Origin: Thermodesulfobium acidiphilum
Lineage (GTDB): Bacteria; Thermodesulfobiota; Thermodesulfobiia; Thermodesulfobiales; Thermodesulfobiaceae
Direction of reading: 5' to 3'
Length of the DNA stretch: 64,000 nucleotides
Assembly (NCBI RefSeq): GCF_003057965.1
Contig: NZ_CP020921.1
Span: forward strand, 856,916-920,915
Shown here: one piece after another, positions 59,224 through 64,000 of the stretch
Layout: each line of letters opens with the position of its first letter
How positions within the stretch are numbered: position 1 is the first letter of the stretch
Notes under the pieces: generated by a model
Database searches by the model: none
What the model saw: only the letters and a program-made list of their open reading frames with translations
Told to the model about the DNA's origin: nothing
Translations under genes and position numbers: made by a program

Positions 59224-60301
59224 CTTTATTTACCTCAACTTTCAAGGGCTTGCCGGCAACAAGGGAATATACTTTTTCGAGATTATTTTCTATTTTTCTA
59301 ATTGAAGATTCTTCACTTGCCAAATAAGAAAAGTCACCTTTTTTCCCGTAAACAAGAGGCCTTAGTTTAATTCTGTCATTTAATCCCATCATATAATTAT
59401 TGGTAGCAACAATTATTGCAAACGGCCCATTTAAAAGCAAATTCCCATAAGTCATTCTTAAAGCAGTATGAAGCTTTCTCTCTTCTTCAGGCATAATCTC
59501 TATATCCTTCCAAAACTTTGAAGCTACTACGTTACACGCAATTTCGAGAGGTAAACCATGTTTTCTAACAAGAAGGTCGAAAGTATATGCAATTACCTCA
59601 GTATCAGTTAAAAGTACACACTCATAACCGTAAGTTTCTAAAAATCTTTTGTTAATACCATATGAAGAAATCTCCCCATTGTGAACCACAGTCCAGTCAA
59701 GAATAGAGAACGGATGAGCACCTGCCCACCAACCAGGAGTATTTGTAGGAAATCTTCCATGAGCAGTCCAAATATATGCACTATATTTTTCTAACATAAA
59801 AAAACGCCCAATATCTTCAGGATAGCCTACGCCCTTAAAAACACCCATATTTTTCCCAGAAGAATTTACATACGATCCAGGAATCCTGGTATTTATAAGC
59901 ATTACCAACCTTACCACAAAATCGTTTGCATCTATATTTTTAGCTATTAACTTATCAGGTTTTGGCAATACAAAATATCTCCACAAAAGCGGAGGGTCTT
60001 TAATCTCTTTAATATTTCTGGTCGGGATCTTTTCTTGACGTTCTGTTATAAAATTTTCTTCAATTAATGAATCTACTTCCCTTTTTGCTGATTCATTATC
60101 AAACATAATGTGCAGGCAATAATAATCTGGAATTTCTGGATAAATGCCATAAGCAGCAAAACCTCCACCTAAACCGTTAGATCTTGAATGCATAACCGAC
60201 ATCATATCCATAATTGCATCACCAGATATGCGAACACCAGATTTATTCATGATTCCCGCTGCTGCACATCCAGATGGTATATGTTCTTCTGCAGGTATCA
60301 T
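59210..60301 (-). CDS. Glutamate synthase class II glutamine amidotransferase subunit
   Basis: GC near the N-terminus, H.RFPTNT, AHPF, HNGEI, TDTE, DR..LRP. Confidence 0.9.
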   Translation of the reverse strand: MIPAEEHIPSGCAAAGIMNKSGVRISGDAIMDMMSVMHSRSNGLGGGFAAYGIYPEIPDYYCLHIMFDNESAKREVDSLIEENFITERQEKIPTRNIKEIKDPPLLWRYFVLPKPDKLIAKNIDANDFVVRLVMLINTRIPGSYVNSSGKNMGVFKGVGYPEDIGRFFMLEKYSAYIWTAHGRFPTNTPGWWAGAHPFSILDWTVVHNGEISSYGINKRFLETYGYECVLLTDTEVIAYTFDLLVRKHGLPLEIACNVVASKFWKDIEIMPEEERKLHTALRMTYGNLLLNGPFAIIVATNNYMMGLNDRIKLRPLVYGKKGDFSYLASEESSIRKIENNLEKVYSLVAGKPLKVEVNKDVCA

Positions 60302-60443
60302 GAAAACCTCCTAAACAAATATTATTGGACTTTCTATTTTACAATAGATATTATATAGTTAGCAAATTAATTTATTTTGAGAAATATAAAAAATTATGGT
60401 GGTAGTATAAAATTATATTTTTATAACAAATTAAGATTATATT

Positions 60444-61345
60444 TCATTCACACCACGAAAAAGTATTTTTCCCATTATGTTTTGCATTAAAAAGATCCCT
60501 ATCAATATTACTAGTTAAATCATCCAGATCAATATTTGAATTGAAGATATCTGCGCCAATTGAAATCGTTACCTCTTCGTCAATTCCAAAATCAATTGAT
60601 GATATCCCATCTCTAATTTTCTGAACAATCTTTAACAGAGTGTTATCAGAAATATCCAATACAATAATTAAAAATTCGTCCCCGTCCCACCTTATAAAGA
60701 TATCTTCTTTCCTTAAAAAAGACCTTACTTCTTCTGAAACCTTTTTTAGAATTTCATCTCCTTTGGTATGTTCAAATGTATAGTTAAAATGCTTAAAGTT
60801 ATCTATATCGAACATTATCGCTCCAAACGAGTCTTTTGTTAGTAATATTTCTTTATACTTATCTTCCAGGGAAAATCTATTATGTATTCCTGTTAGAAAA
60901 TCTGTTTGAGCTTTATTATTAAGTTTTTTTAGTTTTTTTAGTTTTTTTAATAAAGCTTGTCACGTTTGAAGCGCTTATAAGTAGGCAGTTTTTCCCATCT
61001 TGTTCGAATTTAAGCATTCTGAATTTTGTATGTACAATAGTTGATTTATTTAATCTTCTGAGCTTAATATATTTTTTAGTAAATTTACTTTCATCTAAAT
61101 CATTTATTTTAATATTCAAATATTCCATGATATAATCCATTTTATCTGGATTAATAAGGATAAAAGGGGTCTTCTAAGCTAAGTATCTCTTCTATTTCTA
61201 AATTTACTAGTGTAGAAAAACATTTGTTAGCATAAATTATCTTGTTTATTTCGACATCATAAATATAAAATCCCACATCTATATTTTCAAAAATAAACTT
61301 GAAAATATGGGGGTTCAGATCAAGGCTGTTCTCTGTCTTACACAC
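60444..61345 (-). pseudogene. PAS-GGDEF diguanylate cyclase pseudogene in three fragments
   Basis: Frameshifts near 61165 and 60920-60950; TDFLTGIHNR upstream of fragment 3; degraded NYTFEH and RWDGDEF. Confidence 0.85.
60922..60948. repeat. Tandem repeat (AGTTTTTTT)x3
   Basis: Read directly; coincides with the second frameshift of the DGC pseudogene. Confidence 0.8.
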
Positions 61346-61448
61346 CAGACTCCCTATTTATAAAATTTAAGTACTTAAAAATAGCTTTTGACATTATATC
61401 ACAATAAAAATATTTTATTTTTCAGAAATCATATGTTTTAAATAATTT

Positions 61449-63038
61449 CTATTTTTTAACCCAATATGGTGTCAAAATGTCCTCAAATGCAGACGTGGCA
61501 GCTATAGCTCCTCTTGAGACAGCCACGACAATTTGCTTTTCTCCTCCTACTATATCTCCTGCTGCATATACTCTGTGAACGTTGGTTCTCATATTTCTAT
61601 CAACCTTTATATATCCTTCTTCATCAAGCTCAACACCTAAGTCTTTTGCAAGTGAATTGTTTGGCATATACCCAACTGCTATAAAAAGGCCGTCAAGAGC
61701 GAGAGTCTGCTCTTCACCTGTAACGTTATTTACAATCTTAATAAACTCAACTGAATCTTTCCCTAAGATTTCTTTTACCTCACTATTCCATATAATGTCT
61801 ATTCCAAGTTTGAAAAATGAATCTTGAAGGTATTTTTCTGCTCTTAGGGTATCCCTCCTGTGAATAAGAGTTATATCAGCTCCAACGTTTTTAAGATATA
61901 TTGCATCAGTTAAAGCTGTATTTCCCCCTCCTACAAGAAAAACTTTTTTACCCTTATAAAAATATCCATCACAAAGTGCACAGTAGCTTACTCCCTTGCC
62001 ATAGAAAGAGGTCTCACCTGGAACATTTAGCCTTTTTTTGGATGCACCAGTTGCTAAAAGAATAGCTTTAGACTTATAAAAATCATCAGATGTAATAACC
62101 TCAAAATAATCTTCTACTTTATTAATTTTCTTTACTTCCTCTCCAATATTAATACTTACATAATTAAGTACATGCTGAGTTAGAATATCAACTAAGGATT
62201 TCCCTGAAATACTGATGAAGCCTGGATAGTTCTCAACCTGAGGAGTAGTAAGTACCTGACCTCCTACCATCTCACTTTCAAAAATACCCACTGAAAGTCC
62301 TGATCTCCTTGCGTATATTGCAGCAGAGAGGCCTGCAGGACCAGCTCCTACTATTGTTAAGTCAAATTCTTTTAATTTTTCTTTTTCGTTATGAAGAAGT
62401 TCCTGAATGCCTTTTCCAATCAAAGATAACACAAATTCTTCATTTGATTGAAGGCCAATTGCTACCTGTTCATTATCTACATAAGTAACTGGTACAGATC
62501 TAATAGCCTTTTTCTGGGCGATTTCCTTATTTTCGAATATTTCTATTATTCTTGTCTTGATATTTCTATTAATCAAACTTGCGTTTATGGCCATTATAGC
62601 TTGTTGAGGGCAATATGGGCAGGTAGGACTCACGTAAACTTCCACGACTGTTTCTTTTTTTATATCACTAATTAACGAAGCATCTTTTTCATTTAAAAAT
62701 TGTTTTGTACCAGAAATTATCAAAATAGCGTTCACCAATGTGTGAGCTTCTTCTCCAATAGGAGTTCCTACGAATATTGCATCTAACTTTTCATCATCAA
62801 ATATAATTATAGGACACTTTATTTCTTCATCTATAAGATTTGAAGGTACATCGCTTTTTGATATAAATTTAACTGAAATTTTCTCTGAAACCTCTGGCAA
62901 AACTTCAAATATTTCTTTAGTATATTCGTAAAATTGATCTTTTACCTCTGGCAAAAAAACCTTTATATTTACACTTTCCTTCAATATCAAGAAGCTCTCT
63001 TTTAAAGAATTTTTTATCTTTTCGTCAATAATTCCCAT
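61449..63038 (-). CDS. AhpF-like fusion: protein-disulfide oxidoreductase plus thioredoxin reductase
   Basis: N-terminal Trx folds with CPYC; GAGPAG, ENYPG, GVSYCALCDG, GGGNTA, HRRD, AAGD. Confidence 0.9.
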   Translation of the reverse strand: MGIIDEKIKNSLKESFLILKESVNIKVFLPEVKDQFYEYTKEIFEVLPEVSEKISVKFISKSDVPSNLIDEEIKCPIIIFDDEKLDAIFVGTPIGEEAHTLVNAILIISGTKQFLNEKDASLISDIKKETVVEVYVSPTCPYCPQQAIMAINASLINRNIKTRIIEIFENKEIAQKKAIRSVPVTYVDNEQVAIGLQSNEEFVLSLIGKGIQELLHNEKEKLKEFDLTIVGAGPAGLSAAIYARRSGLSVGIFESEMVGGQVLTTPQVENYPGFISISGKSLVDILTQHVLNYVSINIGEEVKKINKVEDYFEVITSDDFYKSKAILLATGASKKRLNVPGETSFYGKGVSYCALCDGYFYKGKKVFLVGGGNTALTDAIYLKNVGADITLIHRRDTLRAEKYLQDSFFKLGIDIIWNSEVKEILGKDSVEFIKIVNNVTGEEQTLALDGLFIAVGYMPNNSLAKDLGVELDEEGYIKVDRNMRTNVHRVYAAGDIVGGEKQIVVAVSRGAIAATSAFEDILTPYWVKK

Positions 63039-63133
63039 ATTATCACTCCTTCTTTATATTAATAAACATATTTCAATTTTATACTTAAAATGTTAAAATT
63101 TAAATAATAAAAATTATTATCAGGGAGAAATCT

Positions 63134-63298
63134 ATGCCAAAATCAATTAGAGCTATTATGTTAATTACCGTAGCCATACTTTTGATAGTGGCTTTTTCAT
63201 TTCCTTTTAGTCTTTACGTAAGAATCATTAGCACGTTGTTTTCAATATTCTTTATATATGTAGCGCTTTTCAAACCAAATATTTTTGAGAAATTTTAA
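63134..63298 (+). CDS. Small 54-aa two-TM membrane protein (below the ORF track cutoff)
   Basis: AGGGAG SD then ATG; MPKSIRAIMLITVAILLIVAFSFPFSLYVRIISTLFSIFFIYVALFKPNIFEKF. Confidence 0.6.
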   Translation: MPKSIRAIMLITVAILLIVAFSFPFSLYVRIISTLFSIFFIYVALFKPNIFEKF

Positions 63299-63299
63299 A

Positions 63300-64000
63300 T
63301 CAAAAGATGCACTGAGGATCTTCATCTAAATATCTATCCTCTTTCCTTGTCGATAGAGCGAAACATACTGCCCTGCAGCCCCTACATTTCATAAATTCAG
63401 AACATTCCTTGCATTTTCCGAAATAATTTTCTTGATCCCTGAGCTTATTTAATACCTCAGAATTAGCCCATATCTCTCTAAATGAATCTCTTCTTAGATT
63501 ACCAAGAGGGATCTTTAGCCTCCTGCAAGGAACAAGGGTTGCATCGCTTAAAATAGTTATCCCTGCAAATCCTGCTGCGCACCCGCCAAAACCATAAGAC
63601 GTATTGCAATCGATGTACAAGGAAGCAATAGGATCGCCTGTATTTACTTTAAAATCAGAAATCAAGTTATTTTCCTTAACAAAATTATAAATAGATCTTA
63701 ACTCTTCTTTGCTTAATATTAAATCCTTGCTATCTTGCGAGTGTCCAGTGGGTACCAGCCTTGAGAAGACCAGTCCACTAACTTGCAGACTTTTGGCAAC
63801 TTGAAATAGATCCTGAAAAGATTCATAGTTAATTTTAGAAATTGTAGTGTTCAAAGTTACGTCAATTTCATTTTCTCTAAGGTTATTTATGCCGATAACG
63901 GCTTTTTTAAATGAATCTTGACCCCTAATATAGTCATGAATTTTTTCAGGACCATCCAAACTGACCTGTACCCCAGATACGTGAAAATCTTTAAGCTTTC
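63300..64000 (-). CDS. Radical SAM/SPASM protein (5' end outside the window)
   Basis: QVS.DG, GCAAG, PC, CxxC...CRGCRA...DPQC. Confidence 0.9.
   Translation of the reverse strand, partial: KLKDFHVSGVQVSLDGPEKIHDYIRGQDSFKKAVIGINNLRENEIDVTLNTTISKINYESFQDLFQVAKSLQVSGLVFSRLVPTGHSQDSKDLILSKEELRSIYNFVKENNLISDFKVNTGDPIASLYIDCNTSYGFGGCAAGFAGITILSDATLVPCRRLKIPLGNLRRDSFREIWANSEVLNKLRDQENYFGKCKECSEFMKCRGCRAVCFALSTRKEDRYLDEDPQCIF

Noticed and set aside
60302-60443. Possible ANTAR target hairpins upstream of glutamate synthase
   Set aside because: Only a single TCTATT-GTAA-AATAGA stem; no tandem hexaloops with the A1/G4 pattern
392-62675. Many 60-146 aa ORFs nested in or antisense to long genes (e.g. 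392-760, 1883-2323, 22382-22777, 30096-30467, 48177-48551)
   Set aside because: Overlap well-supported genes and show no motifs; typical shadow frames
1-64000. CRISPR array, rRNA, intact prophage, riboswitches
   Set aside because: No regularly spaced repeats, rRNA-like sequence, phage gene cluster or riboswitch consensus recognised by eye; an Rfam scan would be needed to exclude weak RNAs

Overview
AT-rich bacterial chromosome segment from an anaerobe (Firmicutes-like SD sites and sigmaA promoters; Thermodesulfobium-like is only a guess). Mostly housekeeping and metabolic genes: Moco biosynthesis, pyrFE with a HisKA_2/ANTAR two-component pair, aldehyde:ferredoxin oxidoreductase, LUD lactate oxidation, rho, hflX, dapL, aguAB, wrbA, azlCD, arsC, thrC, birA, purA, dnaB, a split glutamate synthase and four tRNAs. 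No CRISPR array, rRNA or intact IS was seen. Most notable: (1) an accessory patch at about 16.8-19.8 kb with an Rpn relic, an HsdR_N nuclease fused to a SeqA-like domain, a DpnA-type methylase relic, and a lone intact HK97-type capsid-like ORF that apparently lacks its E-loop (possible domesticated or encapsulin-like shell); (2) an Amt homologue that lost the pore residues but kept the cytoplasmic motifs; (3) a 138-codon membrane ORF missing from the ORF track and dapL, both apparently needing AUA/AUC starts; (4) simple-repeat frameshifts in an AMIN-muramidase-like gene and a membrane diguanylate cyclase; (5) a J-domain + WD40 gene pair. All homology calls come from remembered motifs, not database searches.
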